A stretch of DNA of 64,000 nucleotides from Eledone cirrhosa (GCA_964016885.1 OZ024743.1:88660001-88724000); one strand, 5' to 3'; shown: positions 41,451 through 54,962, counted from the first letter of the stretch. The notes: generated from the sequence alone by a model not told the origin. Made by a program: numbers and translations.

Positions 41451-42439
41451 AAGCTATTGAAATAGGCATAGATGGTGAATTAGTAGAGTCCTTAGAATGT
41501 TGGACTGGTATCTATTATCAACCTCAAAAGAATGAACGGATGAAAGACTAAGTTTACCTCAGTGGGAATTGAACTCAAGATGTTGAGAGCCTCAACAAAT
41601 ACTGCAAAGCATTCTATCCAACTCTGCCAATCCACCACCTGTTATATAATGCACTTCTGTTTGAGCAAGGTGTGGCATAGCCGACTGATCTCTCCCTCCT
41701 CATATTGGAACCACCAAGTTCCAAACTGTAAACATGTCTGGTGTTAGGAAGGGCATCCAGCTGTAAAAAACCCCAGCCAAAATACAGTTCCATTTGAGCA
41801 AGGTACGGCATGGCCAACTGGCCAGACTTGTCTCATAATGTGGATGACCTGTCTAACCCATGCAAGCATGGACAAATAGACGTTAAACAGTGATAATGAT
41901 GATGATGATGATGACACACATACACACACACACAAATACACTAATACATACATAATACATACATATTTCATTGTCTTATTCAGTTATAGGTTCTCCTGAC
42001 TAATTAACATATCCCCCCCCCCCGATATCAGGGGGTGGGTGGGGTGGAAGCATTTCTGAAGGGGGGAGGGTGCAAATGTAGCCAATTTAGTTGTAGTGAT
42101 TAGTTTAGCTGTTATTATTAAATATCAACCAAGATATAAAAAACTTTGATATGTGATAAACATAACATGGACATAAATTGTAGTGCATATACAAATAGAT
42201 GTCTAACCCGTGCTAGCGTGGAAGATGGACGTTAAACGATGATGATGATGATGTTTTAATAGTTTGGGGAGAAAAATATAATTACTGGTGGGGCCATTGC
42301 CCCCCCCCCCCCCCAGTTCCACCACCCCTGCACATATATATACATAGTACTGTGTTTGGTCAGTATAGAACACCCAGCAAAAATGCAAGATCTTCCTGCA
42401 GTATCATGATGTAATCTCAACATAATTTCTTTTCAAATC

Positions 42440-42745
42440 TAATAATTGTTTCTAATTTTGGTACAAGGCCAGCAATTACTCCAGTACATTACTGGTACTT
42501 TATTTTATCGACCCCATAAAAATGAAAAGTAAAGTAAACCCCGGTGGGATTTCAAATATAATAAATGTTTCTACTTTTGGCACAAGGCCAGCAATTATTC
42601 CAGTGCATTACTGGTACTTTATTTTATTGAACCTGTAAGGATGAAAGGCAAAGTTAATCTCAGCAGGATTTGAGTTCAGATCGTAAAGGGCCGCAATTCT
42701 ATGCTATAAAGCATGGCATTCGACCTTCTACCGATACTGCCAATC
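42440..42745 (-). mobile_element. Two tandem tRNA-SINE family 1 copies (one truncated)
   Basis: tgtttcta.ttttgg.acaaggccagcaatta occurs twice; A/B box-like head in the second copy. Confidence 0.85.
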
Positions 42746-42965
42746 TAATAACACTGAAGATTAAGTCAGGTTAAAGTCATAATATCTAATGAAATAGCTT
42801 AAAGGTTGTTGTATGTTTATTTTTGAGTAATACGTATACTAGGGTAGTAGCTTCAGCGTGGTAACTTTGAAGGAGAAAACTCTTTGTGTGAAGTTTGGGT
42901 TTGAAATAAATCTTTTGTGACATCAGTCCTGGAACTTTTCTGATCCACCTCGTATATATATATCC

Positions 42966-43008
<43 letters not shown>

Positions 43009-43076
43009 TTTACGTCCGCTTTTCCCTGCATGTAAGGGTGGGACGGGAACTGATTCTGGCTTGATTTCTACAGCTG

Positions 43077-43121
<45 letters not shown>

Positions 43122-43123
43122 TA

Positions 43124-44195
43124 TTCATTAGTTAAGCAAAACAAGACCACAAACTTCACAAGGAAGACATTATTAAAAGATTGTCAACATATTTTAGTTT
43201 GATGTAAGGAATGTAGAGAATAATAATAATAATAATTAATAATAATAATGTCCGTTTACAATTGTTTCGCTACTCCATATAATATTTCTGGATCAGATGA
43301 CTATATATCATAATTGATTTTGTTCAGTTGAAAATAATTGACATATTTAAAAAACAGAGTGGCTCATCGGAACTCAAAGGAATATAAATTAAAATAATGG
43401 GATAATGTTACATAATAGGCAGATCTCACACAATGCAGCCTCGACAGATGAATACTACTGGATTATGGCTGACAGCTGATGCAACCAAGACACCATAGTA
43501 AAAACCAATATATGGAACATTATATTATGTATGGATTGGCAGTATCGGTAGAGGGTCGGACGCCATGCTTTCCAGCATAGTTACGCCCCTTTACGATCTG
43601 AGTTCAAATCCCGCTGAGGTTGACTTTGCCTTTCATCCTTACGGGGTCGATAAAATAAAGTACCAGTAATGAACTGGGTAATTTGCTGGCCTTGTGCCTA
43701 AAGTAGAAACAATTATATTATGTAACATTATCCCATTATTTTAATTTATATTCCTTTGAGTTCCGATGAGCCACTCTGTTTTTTAAATATGTCAATTATT
43801 TTCAATTGAACCAAATCAATTATGATATATAGTCATCTGATCCAGAAATATTATATGGAGTAGCGAAACAATTGTAAACGGACATTATTATTATTAATTA
43901 TTATTATTATTATTCTCTACATTCCTTACATCAAACTAAAATATGTTGACAATCTTTTAATAATGTCTTCCTTGTGAAGTTTGTGGTCTTGTTTTGCTTA
44001 ACTAATGAAATTTCCAGCTCTGCGCACCTAACTTCTGCATGAACCCAGCCACCTAGCTGCTTTCTACTGCATATTGCACATTGAGCACATGCCTTTACGC
44101 TTTGGCTTCTAACTAATTCACCAATCTCTCCTCTCATATCTCCTCTACTATCTCCATCTCTCTCTTTAAGATTGGTTACTCTTGAACTGTGTATA
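43124..44195 (+). mobile_element. Fold-back insert with ~290-bp near-identical arms (43124-43416 / 43716-44009), degenerate HHR-like core and tail
   Basis: Arms are reverse complements; CCGAUGAGCC...AAAUAUGUC at 43763-43793; ttgagcac in tail at 44081; (TA)n on both sides. Confidence 0.85.
43533..43711 (+). mobile_element. tRNA-SINE family 1 copy with 13-bp TSD attatattatgta
   Basis: TSD at 43520-43532 and 43712-43724. Confidence 0.88.
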
Positions 44196-44231
44196 TATAA
44201 ATATATATATAAATATATATATATATATATT

Positions 44232-44378
44232 CATTTTATTGAGTCTAATGACCCTGTCATAAACAGGCGAAATTCATTCCAGAGTAACAAGACTCACTAT
44301 TTAAACTTAATAAAAGAATATTAAAACTCTACTTTGGTATTGAGTACTCTTTTCTCTCAGTCGTCAACCATATATGGA
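44232..44378 (+). mobile_element. Linear copy of the 34.5-kb HHR family (degenerate core)
   Basis: CUAAUGA-CCCUG..CAGGC-GAAA..GAGUA-ACAAGACUC; tail gtattgagtactc. Confidence 0.7.
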
Positions 44379-44557
44379 TATATATATATCATCATCATCA
44401 TCATCATCATCATTGTCATCGATTAACGTCTATCTTTCACGCTAGCATGGGTTAGACGGGTCCCATTTAGAGGCAAGTTGGGTCGGGTGACCGTGTCTCG
44501 CTCATATAGAGGTGTTTCTGCTGGCTGGTTTTCTACGGCTGGATGCCCTTCCTAACA

Positions 44558-44600
<43 letters not shown>

Positions 44601-44828
44601 TGTGCACTATGGGACAAAGATAGTGATATACATACATACATATATAGATAGATGTGATTATTTCCATGTAAATATAAAATAACATCTGAATAAATAACTG
44701 AATCTGTGAAGTAGAGTTGCATATATATTTAACAAAATGAAGTAGCATTTATATTGATGTAACACTATACTAATTACAAGTAAAATATGTTTTGAAACAG
44801 TGAGCAGGTTTGAAATTAGAAAATAGAA

Positions 44829-45140
44829 TAGCTTTCACCGTATTTTTTGACTAAAGAAATGTTAGTCTGATAATGGGGTTTAGAACCCTCAGATAAGTGG
44901 AAAAAGATGAGTATTGACGTACATGGGAGGCGAACCCCCATCTTTGGTTATCCAGACCACTGTGCTACCATTTACACCAACACATCATTGGTGTAAATGG
45001 TAGTACAGTGGTCTGGATAACCAAAGATATGGGTTCGCCTCCCATGTACGTCAATACTCATCTTTTTCCACTTATCTGAGGGTTCTAAACCCCGTTATCA
45101 GACTAACATTTCTTTAGTCAAAAAATACGGTGAAAACTAT
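44829..45140. repeat. ~150-bp-arm palindrome with a tRNA-like sequence at its apex
   Basis: Arms 44829-44980 / 44988-45140; tggtgtaaatggtag(c/t)ac..tggt ctggata acca..gggttcgcctccc resembles A box, anticodon arm and B box. Confidence 0.85.
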
Positions 45141-45217
45141 ACTAATTGTATGTGTACAGTTTACTATATAATTATGTTTTGTGTTTGTTTGTGTGTGCAT
45201 GTTTATATATATTTATA

Positions 45218-45292
45218 TACAGGGTGTCGCCTTAACATGTATACACACTTCAACAGCATTCTAATAAAATTGTGTATACATTTTTGGCGGGA

Positions 45293-45300
<8 letters not shown>
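45218..45300. mobile_element. Tiny Tc1/mariner-type MITE remnant
   Basis: ta-cagggtgtcgcc..tgtatacac ... gtgtataca..ggcgggataccct-ata. Confidence 0.5.
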
Positions 45301-45337
<37 letters not shown>

Positions 45338-45341
<4 letters not shown>

Positions 45342-45517
45342 AAAAAGTATGACCCCGACGGCAGAGCTCAAGCAATGACTCAAGAAATAGCCGTCGAAAC
45401 GGCTTGAGCTCTGCCGTCGGGGTCATACTTTTTCCTATTACCCACCCTACTACCCTAAGTATTGAGTACTCTGGTGCGTTATGGTCCATCTGGCGGTTCC
45501 TTACCACATTTCCTTCG

Positions 45518-45520
<3 letters not shown>
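45338..45520 (+). mobile_element. 5'-truncated fold-back copy of the 55.4-56.4-kb HHR family
   Basis: Arms 45338-45373 / 45402-45438; HHR 3' half GAAACGGC..GCCGUC-GGGGU; tail homologous to 56313-56392; in (TA)n. Confidence 0.85.
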
Positions 45521-45569
<49 letters not shown>

Positions 45570-46399
45570 ACACACACATTCACAACCAAACACACATAGA
45601 TATAAACCCACACACATTCACAAACATACACATACATTCTCAAACATACACAAATGCACACACATACCCAAACATATACTACATTAACAAACACACAGGC
45701 ACACACTGACAAACACACACACATTCATATACATACATTATGGATGAGTAATCATGTGTACAATGATTTCATCAATACTGGTGCCGTATATACTTCCCCG
45801 CTCCTCTCTTTAGCCTCCTTCTCCTCCCCACCACCACCACCACCACCACCACCATCACCGTCACCCCCCTCACCCCGACCACTAACCCCCACCATCATCC
45901 TCATCACCATCGTCATCACCACCAACTACACCCCCCACTACCTCCACTATCCCCCACCACCTACACCACCACCGCCACCACCCCTACACCCCCCGTCATC
46001 CCCATCGTCCCCCCACTACACCCCCCACCATTGTTGTCACTGTCATCATTATTCCAATCGTTATTGGAACCATCGTCATCATTGTCGTCATCTTAACTGT
46101 CACTGTTAACTGTCATCAACGTCTTTAATGCCACCTCCACCCCTCCACTGCCAACACCCTCCTCCTCCTCCTCCTCCTCCTCCTCCTCCTCCTCCTCCTC
46201 CTCCTCCTCACCACCATCGTCATCATCAGCATACCCACTACTACCATCATTCTCATCATCATCATCGTTGTCACCACCACCACCAAGACCATCATCATCA
46301 ACGTCACCATCATCAATGACATCATCATCATCATCATCATCATCCTTTTAATGTTAGTATACGTTACCAAACACACAGTGTGTATGGTGTGTCTACATT

Positions 46400-46700
46400 A
46401 CAAAACATCAGCATTTCTGTTATCCCTTATTCTAGAAAGAAACCTTTTCAGTTTAGGTCCCGTCTTTCTACATCTTCCATGGTGTCTGCTGCTACAACTA
46501 GCCTCTACGTCATCTCTTTGTCTCCACATCACATATCTTCAAATATCTATTCTCCATTCACATCATGTGTCCATAGCCATGCAGCCATCTATCACATGGC
46601 CACAGTAATGCAGCCGTCTCTTCTGCTTACGTTAGCCAAATTTCTCTGTTGTCCAGCTGATGCCTTTTCCCACCTCCTAACTTTCACTAAAACCGTTGTT
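46400..46700 (-). mobile_element. Old RTE-like LINE fragment
   Basis: KQKRRLHYCGHV resembles the RTE RRLRWYGHV motif; GRCRKT resembles GRPRKT. Confidence 0.5.
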
Positions 46701-47486
46701 ATGGTTACCAAAAGTAGACATATATAAAGAATGCTCCCCCATTTTCCACCCTCTCCACACACACACACACATAGACCACAAACAAGTAAGTGGAGCTATT
46801 GTAGTTTTAAATCCCTTTGTTATAAAACTGCCTGAAACCGCCTCTGGTTCTATGATAGAAAGCTGTTTATTTCGAAGTGTTTACCATCATTATCATCAAC
46901 ATCATCATCATCATCATCATCACTATTTAATGTTTATTTTCCATGCTTGCATGGGTTCAACAGAATGTCTCATTCTGAGGCTAGACCTGTCAAGTGATAA
47001 TTTTAATGCTCACATTAAAATTGTTCATATTAATTTTAAAATTTCACATCATAATTCTTTGTTAAGTGATGTTCCAAACGCCAGCTTGATAATTAGTAAA
47101 TTACTAAATCCCTCAAAATTCTTGATTATTTTCAAAATTGTTAAAAAAACATTACATGATAATTTCATGTAAGCACCTGTAACCCTTTAACATTTACATT
47201 ACTCTATATACACTATTGTATTTTCACGGTAAAGGCTTTATCTCACATAATAGCGAATCTACAAGATGTTGATATTATTTATTTTGAGAACAATACCTTA
47301 AAATAAGTATGAGCAGCTGGTTACGGCCGGTTTGAACAGAAAAATGTGAGAGAATTTTGCCTTTCATCCTTCTGAGGTCCATAAAATAAAGAACCACTCA
47401 AGTATTGGAGCCAATATAATCGACCCCCTTCCCCTAAAAAGAATTACTGGCTTTGTGCCAATATCAGAGAGAATTATTATATATAA

Positions 47487-47808
47487 CCAACACTGTGAAG
47501 TGGTCATGTAGGAGTCATGACAAAAAGCATCCAGTCCACACTGTAAATTGATCACATAGGTGTCATGACAAAAAGCACCCAGTCCACACTGTAAATTGAT
47601 CACGTAGGTGTCATGACAAAAAGCACCTAGTACACATTGGAAAGTGGTCATGTAGGTGTCGTGACAAAATGCACCCAGTACTCACTGTAAATGTGGTTGG
47701 TGTTAGGAGGGTATCCAGCCATAGAAACCAAGCCAAAATCAGTCCTGTATGAGCAAGACATGGTCACCTGATTTGACTTGTCTCACAACGGGACAACTCA
47801 TCTAACAT
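47487..47808 (+). mobile_element. SINE-like family 2 copy with ~5 internal 47-bp units
   Basis: cacactgtaaattgatcac.taggtgtcatgacaaaaagcacc repeated in tandem. Confidence 0.75.
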
Positions 47809-48091
47809 GTACTGCTGCCTTCGTCTTTTCCCTTTTCTCTATTGGTATGTCCTTTTTTTTTTTTGTCGTTCTCTTCGTTATCGTCTGTTGTGTTTCTTCC
47901 CGGATAGCTATCCATTTTAGCTATCAACGCACTGCGGTGAGATGTACTGTCTTTAATGTATTTGAAACATCAGTGATCCACAGAAGACAGCTGATAAGCG
48001 AGAATGGTCCTTGTGTTTGTGTTTCTCTCACGTTTTCTAAATAATATTTATTAGTAACCACACAGCACCATTCTCACTTTTTTAATTCATA

Positions 48092-49435
48092 CTAGCAGTG
48101 TATCCCGGCGTTGCACGGGGAAGAACATTGGTAATAGCACCTCCAATGAGAAACGTTTATTTGTGAGTGCCTGTTAAAAACTCACGAAAATATACCGACA
48201 GGAAACTTGTTTTATTTGGAGAAAATTAAGAAGTTGAAAGTACAGTTTAGCTGTCTACGTGCATTGTTCATAGAAATATTGTTGAGCCCCTTCTTTTCAT
48301 ACTCCTCTGTTTTGGCCTTTTGGAGTAAATGTGAAAGAGAAAGTCACAGGTTAAGTTGGCAGAAGGTTCCAGTGTCATAGCAGTAAGGCGTAGCCTACTT
48401 ACCTCAAAAGTTCATTCGCACTCTTTCCACCAAGTTACTCTTTCTCTCTATTCCTCTCGGTGCAGTCCCTTGTGAATTTCTCTCGTAGGCCTGGTGTAGA
48501 TTTGCACCCGATCCATCTACCCGATGCTAATGTCCGCTTTGTACGGCTTTTGGAGGAAGGAGTGACCAGCAGTACGTTGTTCGGTATTGTTACGAAAAGG
48601 TGTAGCAGAGAATCCCGCGTGAACTAACAGCTTGGGAGGAAACTGCTTACCTCGAAGATTCATTCGCCGTCGTTCTTGTCAATGCTCCGTTTAGTTGGTA
48701 TTTGTTGGTCTACAGTTAGATGAATGGTGCACAAAGGGTTAATGCTTATTGGCAAGAAGTGCAACTGGGCTGGCTTGCCTTGCTTATTGGCAGTATCGGT
48801 AGAGGGTCGGACACCATGCTTTGACGCATAGAGTTACGGCCCTTGCAATTCTGAGTTCAAATCGCGCCGAGGTTAACTTTGCCTTTCATCCTTACGGGGT
48901 CGATAAAATAAAGTACCAGTAATGTACTGGGTAATTGCTGGCCTTGTGCTTAAAGTAGAAACAATTATATATTAAAATAACAGATTAAAGTTTAAGCAAA
49001 GAATCGCTGCTTTCACCCTTAACGGGATCTTCTGAAACTAAAAAAAATCAATCTCTGAACGCAGAAGTAAATATTTCGAAAAACGTTGCAACCAAAGGAA
49101 AACATGACGACGATACTTTGGTTCGTGAAGACGTTCCCTGGCAATGAATGGAAAATAGTGAACATAATACGTCATCAATGTTCGTCAGAATGTCGTAATG
49201 CAGACAGCCAGGCATACAGACAGATATTATAAGAGCGCGACGGAGATGGATAACCGGCGCCTAACAGACCTTTAACAACAGAAAATAGAAAAGTAAAAGC
49301 TGCAGTTAATATCTTTAGACCGCAAGGAATATATAAATGCAAGTTTGAAGTCAATCGGAGTAGAAATGTGGATTTGTATAGACTTTGCAAAAATGAGGAC
49401 CTACGCACAGACAACTACAGTTTTATATATATAGA
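48092..49435 (-). mobile_element. Non-autonomous Helitron
   Basis: Minus strand: 5' TCTATATATATAAAACTG, 3' hairpin CCCGTGCAACGCCGGG then CTAG, inserted A|T. Termini shared with 62089-62718. Nested SINE at 48785-48968. Confidence 0.8.
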
Positions 49436-49519
49436 TATATATATAGATTTGTATCACTGTGTTTGTTTGTTTCTTTTATCAACTATCTATATGTATATAT
49501 ATATATGTGTGTGCGTGTG

Positions 49520-49565
<46 letters not shown>

Positions 49566-50601
49566 CACACACACAGACATGCGCAATCACACCCAGACAC
49601 ACACACACACACATATATATATACACATAGTATATATAGCCTGTAGCTATTTCAATGATACAAAGTTGAAGGGAGCTGCTGTAAGATAGCTTATTCATTA
49701 AAACTTCATAAAAAAGACGTTTGTCTGCTGCTGAGGAGCAGCTATAGCAGAGACTAAGTGTGAGGATTATTTAGTGTTAATTAACCTCGACTAATCCTCT
49801 TAAATATCATTAATACCAATGTCTGACACTCAAACCTTAAAATACACAAAGGATTTCTTTTCAGGAGAAATACTTCTATTTTTACAACTTCTCATGTTTG
49901 ACATGGGATGGGAAGGGGATGGGATAAGGTGAGGAGGAAGGTTTCTTTCTTTCTTTTTTCTTTCCTTCTCTTTTTCTCTCTCTCTCTCTGTGTAGCATTG
50001 CCTATCTCTTTCCCTCTCTACCTCCAATTTCTCTACTATTGTCTCTTATCTCTTTTTCTCTAATCTTGCCTTTCCTCTCTCTACCACTAACTCTCCTCAT
50101 CCTATCTCTGTACCATTGCCTCTCTTTCTTTCTAACTCTCTTTCTAACCTTGCTTCTTTTTTCTCTACCACTATATCCTCCACCCTTTTTTCACTATATA
50201 CAACTGCCTTACTCTCTTCGGGAAGTCGTTATTATATCATGACCAATTCTAATAAATCAGAAAGGAAGAAGACTCACATGGGAGGTTATGATAGAACTGA
50301 AGTAGCTGACCTTATGGGATTATTTATCCTCGACAGCCTCAGGAATTAAACCTCTCCCAACATTTTAAGATTGTACAGAGATGATGCATTGGATGTTTTG
50401 CTTTTTATTTTGCAATATGGACTGATAAGGTTATTCAAGGATTTTGGCTTAAATATAACCATCTCCACCATCTTAATAATACCTAATTTCCTAGATACTA
50501 AATTAAGCTCTCAAGATTGATAATCACCCTTATTAAAAACCAAATAGGAAAATGGTATATATTAATAAAACCTCTAACCATCCTCCAGCTATAATTAGTT
50601 A

Positions 50602-51140
50602 CCTTCTTCTTCTTCTTCTTCTTCTTCTTCTTCTTCTTCTTCTTCTTCTTCTTCTTCTTCTTCTTCTTCTTCTTCTTCTTCTTCTTCTTCTTCTTCTTCT
50701 TCTTCTTCTTCTTCTTCTTCTTCATCATCTTCTTCTTCTTCTTCTTCTTCTTCTTCTTCTTCTTCTTCTTCTTCTTCTTCTTCTTCTTCTTCTTCTTCTT
50801 CTTCTTCTTCTTCTTCTTCTTCTCCCCCCTATCCACACCCTCCTCCTCCTCCCACTTATTCCTGAGAGGGTTTGTGATGATAGAGCTCTCAGATATACCT
50901 TCCTGAGAGTCCTATCTCTAGCAACCATCTCCAAACAATCTGGTTGTATACCCAGGTGAGACTAACTGAATTTATGGATGTGGTCCAAATCATCTTGCTT
51001 ATGGTCTACTCTGGGTCTACCCCTGGTTACCTCTGGGTCTATCCGTAGTTCTACCCCTGGGTCTACCTCTGGGTCTCCTACCAGTTGCTTTTGCCAGAAA
51101 AATATGTCTTTCTTTCCTTAGACCTTCTAACCACATATGA
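50602..51140 (-). mobile_element. RTE-like LINE 3' end with ~220-bp (GAA)n tail, inserted in the PLE
   Basis: (ctt)n at 50604-50822; homologous to 5525-5670. Confidence 0.65.
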
Positions 51141-51968
51141 ATGTCATATTTCAAGGAATCAAATGAATTTGTTTTGCTATAATAAATAATATACAAGGTT
51201 CATGATGAAATTTACATCTAGGGGCCCCATGCAAACTTGATCTACCCCTGACTAACAACAGGTGTGATCAGAAGATTCTTTTACATATCCTCCAGGATGG
51301 AAATTTTCAACAAAGTAGCTCCCTACTATAATAAAGTCCTTTGCTGAGTGGATTCAGCATGATGTTAGTCTACATGGAAAATCACTCATGCACTCAACAC
51401 CTGAGGAGAACCATGAGGTAGAAAGTAATATGGTTTAATGGGATGGATTACCCTATAATTTAACCTTTAGCATGCTAGTAATTGTTATCAGTTATTTCGC
51501 CCACAACTTGTTGAAGGTTAAATAACTCTTTGGCTCTGTCAAAGACATGACAACCTATCTAGTGATGGTGCCATGATAAAATGGATTTGGTAGAGTGTGG
51601 GGATATATGTAAGTGAGATGCAGGCCTCCAGCACATCTGCGAGGTCAGTAACTCAGCTTGAGTAGTGACTTGGTCTGTGAAGACTTGGTCTGGGAAGATG
51701 GAAATTAATGATGATGATGATGATATTGCTAGGAACATTTTATCACCTGTAAAGTACCTCTTTCCAACCACACATAAATACCACAAACTTTTCAATGCAC
51801 ATAATCTTAATGTTAGCTATTCATGCCTAAATAACATCGATTCCAGCATGTCTGTGAAAGTAATGGGCATGAAAATCATTAACTGCTTATCATATCATGC
51901 TGTTTAGTTACGTTTGTGACAGATGACAGATATGTCACAATGTGGCCTCATTATGAAGATGTCCACCA

Positions 51969-52240
51969 AGGGCGGTGTATTGGCAGTATCGGTAGAGGGT
52001 CAGACGCCATGCTTTGCAGCAAAGAGTTACGGCCCTTTAAGGTCTGAGTTCAAATCCCGCCGAGGTTAACTTAAGAATAACATCAAGAAAGTTTCTTTAT
52101 ATAAAGCGTTCATTCACTATAATTATTTCTATGCAAATCCTGCCGAGGTTAACTTTGCCTTTCATCCCTACGGGGTCGATAAAATAAAGTACCAGTAATA
52201 CACTGGAAAAATTGCTGGCCTTGTGCCAAAAGTAGAAACA
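51969..52240 (+). mobile_element. tRNA-SINE family 1 copy with 19-bp TSD attatgaagatgtccacca and an internal interruption
   Basis: TSD at ~51950-51968 and 52241-52259; caaatcc.gccgaggttaact duplicated around a ~60-bp insert. Confidence 0.88.
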
Positions 52241-52391
52241 ATTATGAAGATGTCCACCATAACACAAGAACACACATGTAATAAAACACTTCTTTATTAT
52301 TGAGTGCTCCCACTGCTTATATACATTGTACATACTCATAGGACTTATATTTACATCTAAGTTAACTGAGCCAGTGATAGTGGCCTTAAAG

Positions 52392-53060
52392 GTGGCAGTG
52401 GTGGTGATGGTAGTAGTGATGGTGGTGGTGGTAATGGTGGTGGTGATAGTGGTGATAGTGGCAGTGATGGTTGTGGCAGTGGTGGTGATGGTAGTAGTGA
52501 TGGTGGTGGTGGTAATGGTGGTGGTGATAGTGGTGATAGTGGCAGTGGTGGTTGTGGTAGTGGTGGTGATGGTAGTAGTGATGGTGGTGGTGGTAATGGT
52601 GGTGGTGATAGTGGTGATAGTGGCAGTGGTGGTTGTGGCAGTGGTGGTGATGGTAGTAGTGATGGTGGTGGTGGTAATGGTGGTGGTGATAGTGGTGATA
52701 GTGGCAGTGATGGTTGTGGCAGTGGTGGTGATGGTAGTAGTGATGGTGGTGGTGGTAATGGTGGTGGTGATAGTGGTGATAGTGGCAGTGGTGGTTGTGG
52801 CAGTGGTGGTGATGGTAGTAGTGATGGTGGTGGTGGTAATGGTGGTGGTGATAGTGGTGATAGTGGCAGTGGTGGTTGTGGCAGTGGTGGTGATGGTAGT
52901 AGTGATGGTGGTGGTGGTAATGGTGGTGGTGATAGTGGTGATAGTGGCAGTGGTGGTTGTGGTAGTGGTGGTGATGGTAGTAGTGATGGTGGTGGTGGTA
53001 ATGGTGGTGGTGATAGTGGTGATAGTGGCAGTGATGGTTGTGGCAGTGGTGGTGATGGTA
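52392..53060. repeat. Minisatellite, 81-bp GGT-based unit x~8
   Basis: 27-codon periodicity in ORFs 52326..53123 and 52357..53070. Confidence 0.92.
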
Positions 53061-53254
53061 GTGTCGACAATAGTATTGGTGATGGTAGTGATAGTGGTGG
53101 CTGTTGTGGTAATGGTAAGGTGATAGTGATGGTGTGATGATGGTGAGGATGGTGGTGGTGTTAATGGTAATGATGGAGGTTGTGCTGGTAGATGTAGTGG
53201 AAGTGGAAGGGGTTATGATAATGATGCTGATGAAGTTAATGATAATGTGCAAAC

Positions 53255-54150
53255 TACCACCACCATCATCCCTGCCACCACCACTAGTTCTGACGTTGCT
53301 ACCACAGCCACCACCACCACCACCATCACCCCCGCCACCACCACTGCTTCTGACGTTGCTACCACAGCCACCACCACCATCACCCCCGCCACCACCACTG
53401 CTTCTGACGTTGCTGCCACAGCCACCACCACCACCACCATCACCCCCGCCACCACCACTGCTTCTGACGTTGCTACCACAGCCACCACCACCACCACCAC
53501 CACCACCATCACCCCGCCGCCACCATCAACATCACCCCGCCACCACCACTGCTTCTGACGTTGCTGCCACAGCCACCACCACCACCACTGCTTCTGACGT
53601 TGCTACCACAGCCACCGCCACCATTACCATCACCCACCCCGCCACCACCACTGCTTCTGACGTTGCTACCCCAGCCACCACCACCACCACAGCCACCACC
53701 ACCACCACCATCACCCCCGCCACCACCACTGCTTCTGACGTTGCTGCCACAGCCACCACCACCACCACAGCCACCACCACCACCACCACCATCACCCCCG
53801 CCACCACCACTGCTTCTGACGTTGCTGCCACAGCCACCACCACCATCACCCCCGCCACCACCACTGCTTCTGACGTTGCTGCCACAGCCACCACCACCAC
53901 CACCACCATCACCCCCGCCACCACCACTGCTTCTGACGTTGCTGCCACAGCCACCACCACCACCACCACCATCACCCCCGCCACCACCACTGCTTCTGAC
54001 GTTGCTGCCACAGCCACCACCACCACCACCACCATCACCCCCGCCACCACCACTGCTTCTGACGTTGCTGCCACAGCCACCACCACCACCACCACCATCA
54101 CCCCCGCCACCACCACTGCTTCTGACGTTGCTGCCACAGCCACCACCAGT
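53255..54150. repeat. Minisatellite, ~57-63-bp unit containing ctgcttctgacgttgct, ~14 copies
   Basis: Direct tandem periodicity. Confidence 0.92.
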
Positions 54151-54782
54151 GAGAGCATCAGATATCTTACCCCCACCCACTCCACCCTATCTGTCTAATG
54201 TGAGTCAGCATCAGTGACCCACCACCACCACCACCACCACCACCACCAACACCACCACCAACACCAACACCACCACCACCACCACCATGAATACCCCCCC
54301 CCCCCCCATCAACACCACTCCACCACTACCATTACCCCTTTCCCCCATCACCGCTACCACCATCACTACCATCACCCCTCCACACATCACCACTACCCCT
54401 TCTTTCCACCCACGCATATGCACACACACACACACATTCAAACACACATCCACACACACATGCACACATACACACATACACACATGTTCATATATGTATA
54501 ACAACAACCGTCTGGTCTGGATCAGCTGGAAGAGGGGGAGGAGGAGTGGTCAATGATCAATGTAAGAAAAACAGGGAAGGGTGGGTGGTAGGGAGTAGGG
54601 AGGGGGACGCGAGTTACAGGTTGGTTACCATAGAAACTGTAAAGATGGGGAAGATGGGATGACCATTATTATTATTATCTCTGTAAACACGATGTGTGAT
54701 CAATATTTGACATCTGGTTAATGTATAAGATACTTATTGGGTATTGATGTGACATATATATATGTATATATATATACACATG

Positions 54783-54962
<180 letters not shown>

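Larger units (their letters stand above)
50240..52325 (+). mobile_element. Decayed Penelope-like element (RT remnant plus 3' end), interrupted by later insertions
   Basis: MGGYDRTEVADLMGLFILD, LYRDDAL, FKDFGLNITI..NFLD, YINKTSNHPPAII, KVIWFN and FPTTHKYHKLFN.HNLNVSYSCLNN match PLE RT motifs in order. 3' region ends with tattgagtgc before TA. Confidence 0.85.

Noticed and set aside
44862-44900. CUGAUAA-GGGGUU/AACCCU hairpin in the tRNA-like palindrome
   Set aside because: It lacks GAAA after the stem and has a C3-A8 mismatch.
44985-45052. Functional tRNA gene
   Set aside because: The acceptor stem and T-loop are not canonical and no terminator is evident; treated as tRNA-derived.
49725-49765. 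CUGAGGA..GAGAC..GUG
   Set aside because: Two core violations and no stem I.
52326-54217. Mucin-, extensin- or His-rich ORFs (also 22643-23821)
   Set aside because: They are translations of trinucleotide-based minisatellites, open on both strands.
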